Assembly (NCBI GenBank): GCA_965149945.1
Contig: CBCTTQ010000004.1
Location: 10,851-74,850, forward strand
Direction of reading: 5' to 3'
DNA length: 64,000 bases
Origin: an uncultured Peptococcaceae bacterium
GTDB taxonomy: Bacteria > Bacillota > Dehalobacteriia > UBA4068 > UBA4997
Shown: in pieces, positions 18,803 to 29,400 of the stretch
Layout of the letters: the number at the start of each line of letters is the position of its first letter
Numbering within the stretch: the first letter of the stretch is position 1
Notes under the pieces: generated by a model
Told to the model about the DNA's origin: nothing
Databases searched by the model: none
The model's input: the letters and a program-made list of their open reading frames with translations, nothing else
Made by a program: the position numbers and the translations under genes

Positions 18803-18965
18803 GACCGTGTTCTCCTATTCAACAGATGGATTTTTTTTCATTTTCAGTTTATATTGTACCGCTTTTCGACAAATGTTCACACAAAAAGGGGTGGAATATG
18901 GTATAATAAAACCATCAATAAAGGCATATGCTTTGTGAAAAATGAATGGAGCAGGAGGGATTTTT

Positions 18966-20129
18966 ATGACGGGCAGCGGATATGAAAAAAGAACAGTTTC
19001 TCTGTGGCAGTGTATTGTGATTAGCTTGATTGTCGCGGTGATTGTGGCGGCGGTAACCGGCGCCGTTGTCAGCAATAATATGCAGCAAAGTGTTTCTGCC
19101 GAGGAAGATACCCAGGCGACGGTTTCTTCCGGGCAGTTGACCGTGGCGGAAGGCAACAGCATCAGTGTGAGCGAAAAGGTCAGCCCTTCGGTGGTATTTA
19201 TCAGCAACATTGTCGATGCTAGCAATCTGTATTCTTCTTATTTTGGTTTTGGCAATTACAATAATTTTGGTAGTGACAGCGAAGACAGTGAGGAAGATGT
19301 GGTATACAGCACCGGCAGCGGAGTAATCTATTCCGAAGATGGCTACATTATTACGAATAATCATGTGGTGTCCGGAGCCGATCGAGTGCGGGTACAGCTT
19401 TATGACGGAACGGAATACGACGCGACTGTTGTGGGAACCGATGAACAAAGCGATTTGGCTGTGATTAAAATTGATGCGACCGGGTTGACCGCGGCCGATT
19501 TCGCCGATTCCGATGACATCGTGGTGGGCGAGATGGCGGTTGCCATCGGAAATCCCGGTGGTGAAGAATTTGTCAATTCCGTTACCCAGGGGATTATCAG
19601 CGGTGTTAACAGAAATGTAGAAGTCAGCGAAGGACAATTTATGACGCTGGTGCAGACAGACGCGGCGATTAACCCCGGCAACAGCGGCGGCGCGCTTTGT
19701 AACGGTGATGGTGAAATCATCGGAATTAACACTATTAAAATCAGCAGCAGTGATTTTGAAGGAATGGGTTTTGCGATCCCCAGCAATACGGTACTGGATA
19801 TTTGTAATCAGCTGATTGAAAACGGAAAGGTTATCCGACCTGCTTTACAGGTAAGTATTTATGGGGAAATCACGGCGCAAATCGCCCAATATTATGATTT
19901 GGGGATTGATTACGGTATTTTGGTACATCCCACCGATGGCGGCGCGGCGGCCAATGCCGGAATGGAAGACGGCGATGTTATCATTGCCATTGACGGAAAT
20001 CGAGTGGAAACCACTTCAGAATTGCAAAATTATATTTATGAAAAGAACATCGGCGATACGGTGACCGTTACGGTTTATCGTGACGGAGAAGAGCTGGATT
20101 GTGATGTTGTATTGGGAGAATTAGAATAA
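18966..20129 (+). CDS. htrA: HtrA/DegP-family serine protease with C-terminal PDZ domain
   Basis: TM anchor and catalytic motifs TNNHVV, DLAVIK and GNSGGAL, followed by a PDZ region. ATG 18966 is preceded by GGAGCAGGAGGG. Confidence 0.9.
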   Translation: MTGSGYEKRTVSLWQCIVISLIVAVIVAAVTGAVVSNNMQQSVSAEEDTQATVSSGQLTVAEGNSISVSEKVSPSVVFISNIVDASNLYSSYFGFGNYNNFGSDSEDSEEDVVYSTGSGVIYSEDGYIITNNHVVSGADRVRVQLYDGTEYDATVVGTDEQSDLAVIKIDATGLTAADFADSDDIVVGEMAVAIGNPGGEEFVNSVTQGIISGVNRNVEVSEGQFMTLVQTDAAINPGNSGGALCNGDGEIIGINTIKISSSDFEGMGFAIPSNTVLDICNQLIENGKVIRPALQVSIYGEITAQIAQYYDLGIDYGILVHPTDGGAAANAGMEDGDVIIAIDGNRVETTSELQNYIYEKNIGDTVTVTVYRDGEELDCDVVLGELE

Positions 20130-20131
20130 TT

Positions 20132-20611
20132 ATGCGGTGTGAGATTGTCGCGGTCGGAAAAATAAAAGAAGCTTATCTGAAGGCGGGTATCGCGGAATAT
20201 CAAAAACGCTTGAAGCCGGTATTTCCTGTGAACATTCGGGAAGTGCCCGATCAACCGGTGCCGGAAAACGCTTCTCCTAAAGAAATTGCCAAAGCGGTGG
20301 AAAAAGAAGGCAGTCGCTTATTGTCCCTTTTGGATGAGGATAGTTTGGTTGTGGCTTTAGCCATCGCGGGCAAGGAGTTGTCTTCCCCGGAATTTGCGGA
20401 GAAAATCAATCAATGGAGTTTTCAAGGTGTTCGTAAGCTGATTTTTGTTATCGGCGGTTCCTGCGGCTTATCTTCCGAGGTATTGAGACGCGCGGATTTT
20501 TGCCTGTCCTTTGGGCGCTGCACCTATCCGCACCAGTTAATGCGGTTGATTTTGACAGAACAAATTTATCGAGCGGTGAAAATTAATCGCCATGAACCTT
20601 ATCATAAGTAA
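20132..20611 (+). CDS. rlmH: 23S rRNA (pseudouridine1915-N3)-methyltransferase RlmH
   Basis: 159 aa SPOUT protein with VGKIKEAYLKAGIAEYQKRL and C-terminal LSFGRCTYPHQLMRLILTEQIYRA. Confidence 0.9.
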   Translation: MRCEIVAVGKIKEAYLKAGIAEYQKRLKPVFPVNIREVPDQPVPENASPKEIAKAVEKEGSRLLSLLDEDSLVVALAIAGKELSSPEFAEKINQWSFQGVRKLIFVIGGSCGLSSEVLRRADFCLSFGRCTYPHQLMRLILTEQIYRAVKINRHEPYHK

Positions 20612-20630
20612 CTAATAAAAAGCAACCAAT

Positions 20631-20668
20631 GAAAAAAGAACGGACGTGTCAGCGTTCGTTCTTTTTTC
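20631..20668. terminator. bidirectional rho-independent terminator between the convergent rlmH and MFS genes
   Basis: 9-bp stem GAACGGACG/CGTTCGTTC flanked by A6 and T6 tracts. Confidence 0.75.
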
Positions 20669-20710
20669 TGAAATTTTATGAAATCAGGCTTGCGGTGATT
20701 GCTTACGCGG

Positions 20711-22129
20711 TTATAGCGCAGAATTGGGAACGGTATTCTTTTTTGCGCGGTATATCGCGATGGCTAACAGTACCAGAGAAGCGGCGTTCATCCATAAAAA
20801 AGAGACATTCATTCCGTGTATGGGGGCGTTGTTGCCATATACCGCCGCGGAGTTTGCTTCTACCGTGGTCATGATGCCGACAAAGACGGCAGAGCCGATG
20901 GAACCGGCGATGGTACGGAAAGAGGTCAACAACGAAGAAGCGTCTGCCACTTTTTTGAAATCCACATTGGCTGTTCCCCATGTCAAAAGCGGCATCATTA
21001 AGCTGCCGATGGCAAAGTTGCGGAGTATGTTGAGAGCCGCGGCACACCAAAGAGGTGTGTTCATGGTGATGAAAAACATGCCTAAATTGCTGATTGCCAG
21101 TGCGGCGGAGCCTATTATAAAGATTTTTTCGATTCCTGTTTTGTCATAGATTCTTCCGGCCAGAGGACTGATGAAGGCGGTTACCACGGATCCCGGCAGC
21201 ATCACCAGCCCGGAGATAACGGCAGAATACCCCATGATACTCTGTACATACAACGGCATAAGGACAGAAGATCCCATCATGACTAAATAAAGAATCATAC
21301 TGGATAGAACACTGAGCGCGTAATTGCGGTTGCGGAGAATTTTGACATCCAGAAAGGGCTTTGGCAGGCGACATTGGCGAATGATAAAAAAGACGCAAGC
21401 TATGACACCGAAGAGCAAAGGCAATCCGGCGGCGATGCTGAGTAGACCGTAGGTACTGAGGTTTCCGATGCCCAGGGTGATGCCTCCAAAGGCCAGGATG
21501 CTTTCCGCGAAAGAGAGGACGTCAAATTTTTTATTTTGCAGCTCCAGTACATTTTCAAAAACAAAGCAGGAAAAAAGGAGCGAAAAGAGCATAATAATCA
21601 AAACTAAACAGAAGATGGATTTCCAGCCGAAAGCATCAATCATTAACCCGGCAATGGTGGGGGCAATGATGGGAGCGGCAGTGGTTGCCAATCCATAAGT
21701 TCCCATCATGGTGCCGCGTTTTTCCGGCGGATAAACGCTTAAGATGATGACTTGCGCCGCTGAAAGCAAAATGCCGTTGCCGCAGGCTTGCATGATTCTG
21801 CCGACCATCATCAGGTAGAAATCAGATCCGAAAATACTGAATAAAAGCCCTATGATAAAGCAAACAATCCCGGTTAGGTACAGTCGTTTAGTGGGAAAGC
21901 GGGTAATAAGAAACGCGGTCAAGGGCATGACCATTCCCATCACCAGGGAATAAGCGCTGGTAACCCATTGACCGAGCGATGTTGAAATACCGAAATCATC
22001 CACCATGTTGGGCAGCGCTGTGGTCATGGCGGTTGCCAAAACAGAAGTCGCGATGCCGGAAATGATCAGGTTAAAAAAAATAAAGGTACGTTTCCGCTCT
22101 GTCAGTACGACAGGTTCAGTGGTTTCCAT
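20711..22129 (-). CDS. MFS transporter, DHA2 (EmrB/QacA-like, 14 TM) drug:H+ antiporter family
   Basis: 472 aa with about 14 TM helices. Translationally overlapped with the upstream MarR gene. Confidence 0.85.
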   Translation of the reverse strand: METTEPVVLTERKRTFIFFNLIISGIATSVLATAMTTALPNMVDDFGISTSLGQWVTSAYSLVMGMVMPLTAFLITRFPTKRLYLTGIVCFIIGLLFSIFGSDFYLMMVGRIMQACGNGILLSAAQVIILSVYPPEKRGTMMGTYGLATTAAPIIAPTIAGLMIDAFGWKSIFCLVLIIMLFSLLFSCFVFENVLELQNKKFDVLSFAESILAFGGITLGIGNLSTYGLLSIAAGLPLLFGVIACVFFIIRQCRLPKPFLDVKILRNRNYALSVLSSMILYLVMMGSSVLMPLYVQSIMGYSAVISGLVMLPGSVVTAFISPLAGRIYDKTGIEKIFIIGSAALAISNLGMFFITMNTPLWCAAALNILRNFAIGSLMMPLLTWGTANVDFKKVADASSLLTSFRTIAGSIGSAVFVGIMTTVEANSAAVYGNNAPIHGMNVSFLWMNAASLVLLAIAIYRAKKNTVPNSAL

Positions 22130-22580
22130 TTTGTTTCTCCATTCTGTGCCATACTTTTTGATTGAGGTTTTCTATCATTTTCCGCAGCGTTTCTTCTGTT
22201 ACAGCCAAAGCTTCGGAATCAATGTCCTTGCGAAATGCTTCATAAAATTGGGCATGGATGCATTTGATTTGTTTGGCTGCCGGAACGGCTTTTTCGGTTA
22301 GGTACAAGTGTTTAATGCGGCGATCTTTTTTATCCCCGACCACACGGAGATAACCGATATCGGTGAGTTTTTTTATGATTTTGGTCAGCGTACCTTTGTC
22401 TACGCGGATGCGCTCTGCCATTTCCTGGGGAGAGGCGCCGGGATGTTCATAAAGATATTCCACATAAAACTGCTGTCCCCAGCCAATTTCAAATTGAGAA
22501 AGATTGCGGTCATAGTACATCTTCATGAGCCTGTCAAAAATGGAAATCGACCGCCCTAAACGAGAAAATTTTTGATGCAT
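22116..22580 (-). CDS. MarR family transcriptional regulator
   Basis: Winged-helix segment PGASPQEMAERIRVDKGTLTKIIKKLTDIGYLRVVGDKKDRRIKHLYLTEKA. ATG 22580 is preceded by AAAGGAGTGA. The track ORF's N-terminal 118 aa extension is rejected. Confidence 0.88.
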   Translation of the reverse strand: MHQKFSRLGRSISIFDRLMKMYYDRNLSQFEIGWGQQFYVEYLYEHPGASPQEMAERIRVDKGTLTKIIKKLTDIGYLRVVGDKKDRRIKHLYLTEKAVPAAKQIKCIHAQFYEAFRKDIDSEALAVTEETLRKMIENLNQKVWHRMEKQNGNH

Positions 22581-22990
22581 GGTGTTCACTCCTTTTCGGG
22601 ATTGCAAAGAAAATGATATCACAAAAAGGTAGCGAACGCAACTATTTTTTGTTTTCCCTTTTTGTGTGTTTTTGACGCGGACGGCTGCCGTTTGGATTTT
22701 TGTATGCGGCTCGGATGTTTTTTCGGTTAGAACAGGCAAAAAAGCAAAAGACAGGAGCAAATGCTTCAGATGGGTTTGGGGGGGGTTGGGAAAATTGTAG
22801 CTGATTTTAGGGGAATGTCTTTGCGGTGGGCGCGGTTGAAGCCGACCGATACGAGTCATCGGACGAAAAAGACGAAATATTGGCGACGGGGAGGCGAAAA
22901 AATTTGTCCGAAGAGAAATGGGCAGGGGAGGCATGTTTCTTCGGGTTTTCGAATATAATCAAGTAAAATCGGGTAAACGGAGGAATCGGT

Positions 22991-23254
22991 ATGTCTGTAA
23001 TCTTATTCGCGGGGATTTTGGCGGTGGTGTTGTTTTTGCTGTTTTTGGCGTTGGGCAAAGGGATGTTGCGCAGTTTGGTATTGGTGGCAAGCAATTTTGT
23101 CTTGGGATTTGGCTCTCTGTATTTGGTAAATGTGTGCAGCGGACTGACCGGATTCGCTATTCCGGTTAACATTCCCACACTGGTTTCCAGTGGTGTACTG
23201 GGTTTTGCCGGAACATTGCTCAATGGAGCGGTTATGGCGTTTGTGAGTCTTTGA
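22991..23254 (+). CDS. bofA: pro-sigma-K processing inhibitor BofA
   Basis: 87 aa, two TM helices, motif IPVNIPTLVSSGVLGFAG resembling B. subtilis BofA. SD is ACGGAGGAA. Confidence 0.8.
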   Translation: MSVILFAGILAVVLFLLFLALGKGMLRSLVLVASNFVLGFGSLYLVNVCSGLTGFAIPVNIPTLVSSGVLGFAGTLLNGAVMAFVSL

Positions 23255-23256
23255 AT

Positions 23257-23297
23257 AAAAAACAGGACTGACTTTTCAGTCAGTCCTGCTGTTTTTT
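23257..23297. terminator. bidirectional terminator between bofA and the convergent crotonase-family gene
   Basis: Stem CAGGACTGAC/GTCAGTCCTG flanked by A and T tracts. Confidence 0.85.
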
Positions 23298-23300
23298 AAG

Positions 23301-24077
23301 TTATTTCCCCTGAAAATGCGGAAGGCGCTTTTCCAAGAAGGCCTGTAAGCCTTCTTGGCAATCTTCGGTTATGGCCAGCTCTCCTTGATTTTTGGCTTCG
23401 GCATGGAGGATATCTTCCAGCGTATAAGTATCGGAATTATTCAACAGATGTTTGCAGTGTTGCAATGCCAGAGGCGCTTTTTTACACAGTTCTTCGGCAT
23501 AGGTCATGGTTTCCTGTTCCAGTGTTTCCGGAGAAAAAATCTTGTTGACAAATCCATATTTCTGTCCTTGGCGGGCGCTGATGGGCGTCGCCTCGAACAT
23601 GAATTGTTTGGCCAAGTGGATACCGATGGTTTTGGGAAGAAAATAATGTCCTCCGCAGTCCGGAGCCAATCCTACATTGGTAAAGCTTTGAATAAATTTG
23701 CTGTTTTCCGCCGCGAAGATCAAATCGCAGGCCATGGCGATGTTGAACCCGGCTCCTGCCGCTGCCCCGTTGACCATGGCAATAATCGGTTTGGGGCAAT
23801 GATAAATATTGGCGGTGATTGTGCCGGCTTTGCGTACAAAAGCCACTGTTTCTTCCGCTGTTTTCAGTTGTTGCAGCACCTTGATATCGCCGCCCGCGCA
23901 GAAAGCTTTCCCGGCTCCTGTTAATATAATGACTCGAATGTCCGTGTCTTTTGTGAAATCATGGATCGCTTTTTCAAATTCCATTGCCATCATCTCGTTG
24001 ATTCCATTGAGAGACTGGGGGCGGTTTAGTTTGATGATCCCTATCTGTCCTGGTTTTTGCGTAATAATTGTTTCCAT
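23301..24077 (-). CDS. enoyl-CoA hydratase/isomerase (crotonase) family protein
   Basis: Crotonase fold (ILTGAGKAFCAGGDI, VNGAAAGAGFNIAMACD). Positions of both canonical hydratase glutamates are N and F, so a hydratase function is not implied. ATG 24077 is preceded by GGAGGAA. Confidence 0.8.
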   Translation of the reverse strand: METIITQKPGQIGIIKLNRPQSLNGINEMMAMEFEKAIHDFTKDTDIRVIILTGAGKAFCAGGDIKVLQQLKTAEETVAFVRKAGTITANIYHCPKPIIAMVNGAAAGAGFNIAMACDLIFAAENSKFIQSFTNVGLAPDCGGHYFLPKTIGIHLAKQFMFEATPISARQGQKYGFVNKIFSPETLEQETMTYAEELCKKAPLALQHCKHLLNNSDTYTLEDILHAEAKNQGELAITEDCQEGLQAFLEKRLPHFQGK

Positions 24078-24198
24078 GATATTCCTCCAAACATCGCTGT
24101 TCAATGCATGCTCTATTTATTATTATGACACAGCGGACGAGTTTTTACAAGATGAATTGCCTGTTGAAATAGGATTTTTTTGCTTCTTGTTTGAAAAA

Positions 24199-24996
24199 TC
24201 AAGAGAGTTCTTCTTTTTGAGGAAGGGTAGAGAGAGAGGGAGGATGATCAGCGGCGCTTTCGGAAGAGACGATTTCCTTTTCGGTTCGTTCGCGCAGGAG
24301 GCTTTGTAATTCTCGATCGGTATCCGGTTCATTTCTCAGAGAGGAGGGAATAGCGTCTGTTATTTTTTGAGGAAAATCGCGGAATTTTTCCGTCAATACG
24401 CGGCTGATTTTTTGTGAGACGGAGATGCTTTTTTTTGCTATTTTTTCTGTTTTGTTTTTGCTTTTTCGCCGATCCTCCGGATGAGGAGAAGAAAGGGGTC
24501 TTAACTGTTCCAAGGCTTCTTTGGCTAACACAATGGCGGATGGTCCTATGGTTAAAATGTAACGTCCGTTCACGCTCTGTTTGCCGCTGTGGGGATGTGT
24601 TCGGTTGACGCTGATATCCAAGCGGCTGATTTGACCGCTTTCTGTATTGAGGTAGTATTCGGCGGCTTTTCCCAGCAGTCGGCCGTTTTCACTGATTACG
24701 CGGTTCCCCAGAATATGGTCGGGCTGGTGCAGATATTGTACCATGCGGGGCAGGTTGGCAACACGTGTCAGTTGATTTTTGTCTCCTATTGTGACGGCGT
24801 CGTTGCCGATTTCCGCAATTTTAGTTGCCGGAATGATTTTGGTGTCTTGGCTCCAGCCTTTGCGGTCAATGACGACGGCAAGGAGCGTTTTGTCGTTCGG
24901 GTCGATGACCAGATGGCGCACAAACCCGAAGGTTTCGCCTTCACGAATACTATAAACAGGTAATCCCATCAGATTTTTTGCTGCGATTTCTTTCAT
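24199..24996 (-). CDS. protein with two PRC-barrel domains and a charged C-terminal tail
   Basis: GLPVYSIREGETFGFVRHLVIDPNDKTLLAVVI and GNRVISENGRLLGKAAEYYLNTESGQISRLDI are PRC-barrel-like. SD is AGGAGTG. Confidence 0.65.
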   Translation of the reverse strand: MKEIAAKNLMGLPVYSIREGETFGFVRHLVIDPNDKTLLAVVIDRKGWSQDTKIIPATKIAEIGNDAVTIGDKNQLTRVANLPRMVQYLHQPDHILGNRVISENGRLLGKAAEYYLNTESGQISRLDISVNRTHPHSGKQSVNGRYILTIGPSAIVLAKEALEQLRPLSSPHPEDRRKSKNKTEKIAKKSISVSQKISRVLTEKFRDFPQKITDAIPSSLRNEPDTDRELQSLLRERTEKEIVSSESAADHPPSLSTLPQKEELS

Positions 24997-25128
24997 GAGC
25001 GGAACACTCCTGTTGCGTTTTTTGTTCTATTCCTATTCAGCGGGGGAAAGATTATGCGGCAGAAAGCTATTTTGGAGAAAATACGGTGTTTTTTTGGCAA
25101 AAAGAGTTCTTTCTTCCTTGGGAAAAGA

Positions 25129-25158
25129 CTGACAAAGACGGGAAAAGTGTGATATAAT
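25129..25158 (+). promoter_or_regulatory. near-consensus extended -10 promoter with no gene for about 520 nt downstream
   Basis: CTGACA, 18-nt spacer, TGaTATAAT. Confidence 0.5.
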
Positions 25159-25684
25159 AAAACTGTTATTTGGCTCTGGCAGAACAGCGGACAGAAACAA
25201 AAGGAACGGCTGTAATTGGGAAAAGGAGCGCAAAGGAGCAACCCTCGGGAAGAAATCAAATGCGATGATGAAACACAGGGGGTTCGCGGATGTTTGTTAA
25301 TTGCAGGCTATGAATGAAATGATGAAAGGACCATTCTCTTCAGATTCCGCTAAGTCAGTGATGATATCGGAAGCCGCGGGGAAAAATAGGTCGGAAGGCA
25401 TTGAAAAATAATTTCTCCATACATATGGAACGGACATCAATAAAAGCTGTTTGGCGGAATGTACGCGTTGATTTGAAAACCGAAAGGATGTTTGCAACCC
25501 GATTGGTGTTGGCTTGACAAAAAAATTGCCGTTTTCAACCGCGCGTCTTTTTGATTGCGAATTTGCTTGCGGAGTATATTGATGAGGGAAAAATACGAGA
25601 TACAGATTTTGATACTTGTAAAGGAACGAATTTGAGAAAGATAAACGGCGTAAGCACGGTGAATGACAAAAACAGAGGTGAAAC

Positions 25685-26446
25685 ATGAAACTGATCGTAG
25701 GTTTGGGAAATTACGGCGCGGAATATGCCCGCACCCGTCATAACATCGGCTTTATGGCGGTGGAGAAACTGGCGGAACAGTTGGGAATCTCTTTTGCTAA
25801 GGAGAAATTTCACGCGCGCCTGGCAGAAGCCAGAATCAACGGGCAAAAGGTTCTGTTGATGCAGCCGTTGACTTATATGAACAAAAGTGGTTTGGCGGTA
25901 ACGGAGGTTAAAAATTTTTTTCATTTGGACTTGACCGATATTCTGATTATCTATGATGATATGGATATGCCGTGCGGTCGGATGAAAGTGAAAAAGAAAG
26001 GCAGCGGCGGCGGTCACCGCGGGATGGGGGATATCATCACCTGTTTGGGCAGCGAGGAAATTTCTCGAATCAAGGTGGGGATTGACCATCCCCTTTACGG
26101 AACGGTGGTGGATTATGTGTTGAAACCTTTCAGCGGAGAAGAATGGGAACATATTAATCCGGCCTTGGAAACGGCGGCGGCGGCGGCGCTCTATTGGGTG
26201 AACAACGGTATCCAGGAAACGATGAATGTTTATAACGGATACGGTAAAGAGGGCGCCCAGAAGCCTAAACCCCAGCGCGAAGCGGCGAAAGCCGCCAAAA
26301 AAACCGCGCGTCTGGCTGCGACGCTCTCCGACGAGGGAGAAACGGCGGTTTCGGAAAATTTTTCGGAACAAACAGAAAAAGAACAAACAGAAAAAAATCA
26401 GAAATTTTTGCGGATGCTGCGGGAATTTCTCCACAGCGACCGTTAG
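25685..26446 (+). CDS. pth: peptidyl-tRNA hydrolase with a roughly 65-aa Lys/Glu-rich C-terminal extension
   Basis: MKLIVGLGNYGAEYARTRHNIGF, YMNKSG and DDMD motifs. SD is AGAGGTGAAAC. Confidence 0.92.
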   Translation: MKLIVGLGNYGAEYARTRHNIGFMAVEKLAEQLGISFAKEKFHARLAEARINGQKVLLMQPLTYMNKSGLAVTEVKNFFHLDLTDILIIYDDMDMPCGRMKVKKKGSGGGHRGMGDIITCLGSEEISRIKVGIDHPLYGTVVDYVLKPFSGEEWEHINPALETAAAAALYWVNNGIQETMNVYNGYGKEGAQKPKPQREAAKAAKKTARLAATLSDEGETAVSENFSEQTEKEQTEKNQKFLRMLREFLHSDR

Positions 26447-26467
26447 GAGAAGAGGACAGAAAGCAGT

Positions 26468-29400
26468 ATGCGAAACGATGTATTGCAATGTTGGCACGGG
26501 CTTTTGGCGCAGGAGCGCATCAGACACAGCCTGGCAGCCAAAGAGCAGCCCATGATTGTCGGATTGCCGGAATGCGCCAAGGGATTGGTCGTCGCGGATT
26601 TGTTTTCGGAGAGCAGCAATGCTCTCCTTGTTTTGGTGCCGAAACAGGATGATGTAATAACCTGGCAGCAAAATTTGTCTGCTCTGTTGCCGGGGGAGAA
26701 AGTGCTGACTTTCCCTCGGTTGGAATTGTTGCCCTTTGATGTCTGCGCGCAAAATGTGGAGGTGGCTGCGGCTCGCCTGCGGGTGTTGTCCGCTTTGTCT
26801 AAGGAAGAAAAGGTCTTGGTAATCGCGCCGATCGAAGCGGTGGCGCGCAAATTGGTACCTGAGACAGCCTTTCAGCAGTCTCTTTTTACGCTGAGGGTCG
26901 GGGAAGAACGGGAAATTGCCGATTTGGCCGCCAAACTGGTGGATATGGGGTATACCAGAGAGAAGATGGTGGACACCATGGGAACCTTCGCCGCTCGTGG
27001 AGAAATCGTCGATTTGTTTCCCTTGGGGGCAAGCCGACCGGTACGTTTGGAATTTTTTGATACGGAAATTGAGCGTATTCGGTATTTTAACCCCGACACG
27101 CAGCGTTCGGAAGAGGATTGGGAGGGCTCTCTTTCTTTGATTCCGGTGCGGGAAATTCCTTTGCCCGAATCGGTGCTGCGTCAGGGAACGGAGCGTCTGC
27201 GCCGGGAGTTTCAAAACACCTTGAATAAACTGGAACCTACTGCTCGCAAAAATTTGCGCCAAAAAATCAACGCTTATCTGGAAAGTATGGCGGAACATAT
27301 TTGGCAGGACGGCATGGAGCATTTCTTTTATCATTTTTATCCGGAAGCGGCGTCTTTGTTGGATTACTTGCCGGCGGGGGCGTTGGTTTGTCTGGATGAA
27401 AGTCAAAAAATCGTGCAGACTTTGGAAGATTGCGGCGAAGAACGATTTTCTTATTATGATGAAATGTTGAACAGCGGACAGATTCTGCCCGGGTTTATTG
27501 AAAATTTCTGGGAGACCAACCACCTTTTGGAGCAGATAGATGGGTTTGCCCATCTTTCCTTTTTGATGCTGCCCACCAGAAGCCGCGTCAGCTATCATCA
27601 ACAGTTGCGATTCGGGATGCGGTTTGCCACCGGTTATGTGGGGCAGTTGGATCTCTTTGCCGAAGATATGCTCATTTGGCAAAAACAGGGTTATCAGATT
27701 TTCTTCTGCGCCAGTTCCTCGCTGCGAGCGGATAACATTCGTCGTTTGCTGCGGGATCGGGAGATTACGGCGGCCAATGTCAGCGTTTTGCCACTGACTC
27801 AGGGCTTGGAGTTTCCCGAAGGGAAATTGGTTATTCTGACGGAAAAGGAACTGCTGGGCAAGGTGGCAAAGACCAAACACCGCCACAGAAAAGCCGCTAG
27901 CCAAAAGGGTTTTGACGCTTTTGTGGATTTGAAACCGGGCGATTTGGTGGTTCATGAAAACCACGGTATCGGTCGTTTTCGCGGTATCGAACGGATTACG
28001 GTGGATTCCGTAGCCAGAGATTATTTGCATATTGATTACGCCGGTAATGATAAATTGTTTGTGCCGGTGGATCAAATGGATTTGGTGCAGAAGTATATCG
28101 GGGACGAAGGAGCCCATCCTAAACTGTATCGTTTGGGCGGCAATCAGTGGAGCCGTGTCAAGCAGAAGGTGCGGGCGTCAGTGGCTGAGATGGCGGATGA
28201 GCTGTTGAAGCTGTACGCCGCCCGGGAACAGGCGGAAGGCTTTGCTTTTTCCCCTGATAGCAATTGGATGCGGGAGTTTGAGGACGCCTTTGAATATGAG
28301 GAAACGCAAGGGCAGCTGGAGGCTATCGCCGATGTCAAGCGAGATATGGAAAGTAAACGCCCCATGGATCGTCTTCTGTGCGGTGATGTAGGGTACGGCA
28401 AAACGGAAGTAGCCATGCGCGCCGCTTTCAAAGCCGTCTGTGACAACAAGCAGGTGGCGATGTTGGTTCCTACCACTTTGTTGTCGGAGCAGCACTACCA
28501 TACTTTTTTAGAACGGTTTCGAGATTATCCGGTAGAAATCGGAGTGGTTAGTCGTTTTGTTCCTCGCAAAAAACAAACGGAAATTTTGCAAAAGGCGGCG
28601 GACGGCCGTTTGGATATTTTAATCGGAACCCATCGGCTGCTCTCAAAAGATATTGCTTTTCGGGATTTGGGATTACTGATCATCGATGAGGAGCAGCGGT
28701 TTGGAGTGGCCCATAAGGAAAAAATCAAAAAATGGCGCAACAATGTGGATGTGCTTACCCTATCGGCTACTCCCATTCCCCGCACGCTCCATATGTCTTT
28801 GGTCGGTATTCGGGATATGAGCATCATCACGACCCCGCCTGCAGACCGACAGCCGGTGCAGACTTATGTAGTGGAATATTATCCCCATTTGATTCGGAAT
28901 GCCATGGAAAAGGAACTGCGCCGCGGCGGACAGGTTTATTTTATCTATAATCGGGTGCAGGATATTGAGCGGGTGCAGCGGGAAGTGCAGGAACTGGTGC
29001 CGGACGCTGAAGTATTGGTGGCGCACGGTCAAATGACCGAACGTCAGTTGGAGCAGGTGATGGGTGAATTCATCGCCGGCAGGGGCGATGTGCTGGTATG
29101 CACCACCATCGCGGAATCAGGATTGGATATCCCCAATGTCAACACCTTGATTGTCAAAGACGCCGATCATTTCGGTCTTTCCCAGTTGTACCAACTACGG
29201 GGGCGGGTAGGACGTTCTCCTCGACAGGCGTATGCCTATTTCACCTACGGGCGAAACAAGCTGCTTCAGGAAGATGCCAAAAAGCGGCTGGCGGCTATTC
29301 GTGATTTTACGGAACTGGGCAGCGGCTTCAAGATTGCCATGCGGGATATGGAAATTCGCGGCGCGGGCGACATTTTGGGACCGGAGCAGCATGGACATAT

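Noticed and set aside
22581-22934. N-terminal 118-aa extension of the track ORF 22116..22934 upstream of MarR.
   Set aside because: The Pro/Ser-rich extension has no family resemblance. A good SD (AAAGGAGTGA) and ATG at 22580 give a normal 154-aa MarR.
25535-28117. 860-aa minus-strand ORF. Similar long antisense ORFs occur at 2971..4503, 34764..35990, 43658..44590, 46801..48378, 18915..19637 and 59768..60571.
   Set aside because: Each lies antisense to a strongly conserved gene (mfd, RND pump, plsR-like, gdhA, groEL, htrA, nadE). They have skewed His/Arg/Gln/Phe-rich composition, no RBS and no recognisable motifs. They are shadow ORFs that arise opposite real genes.
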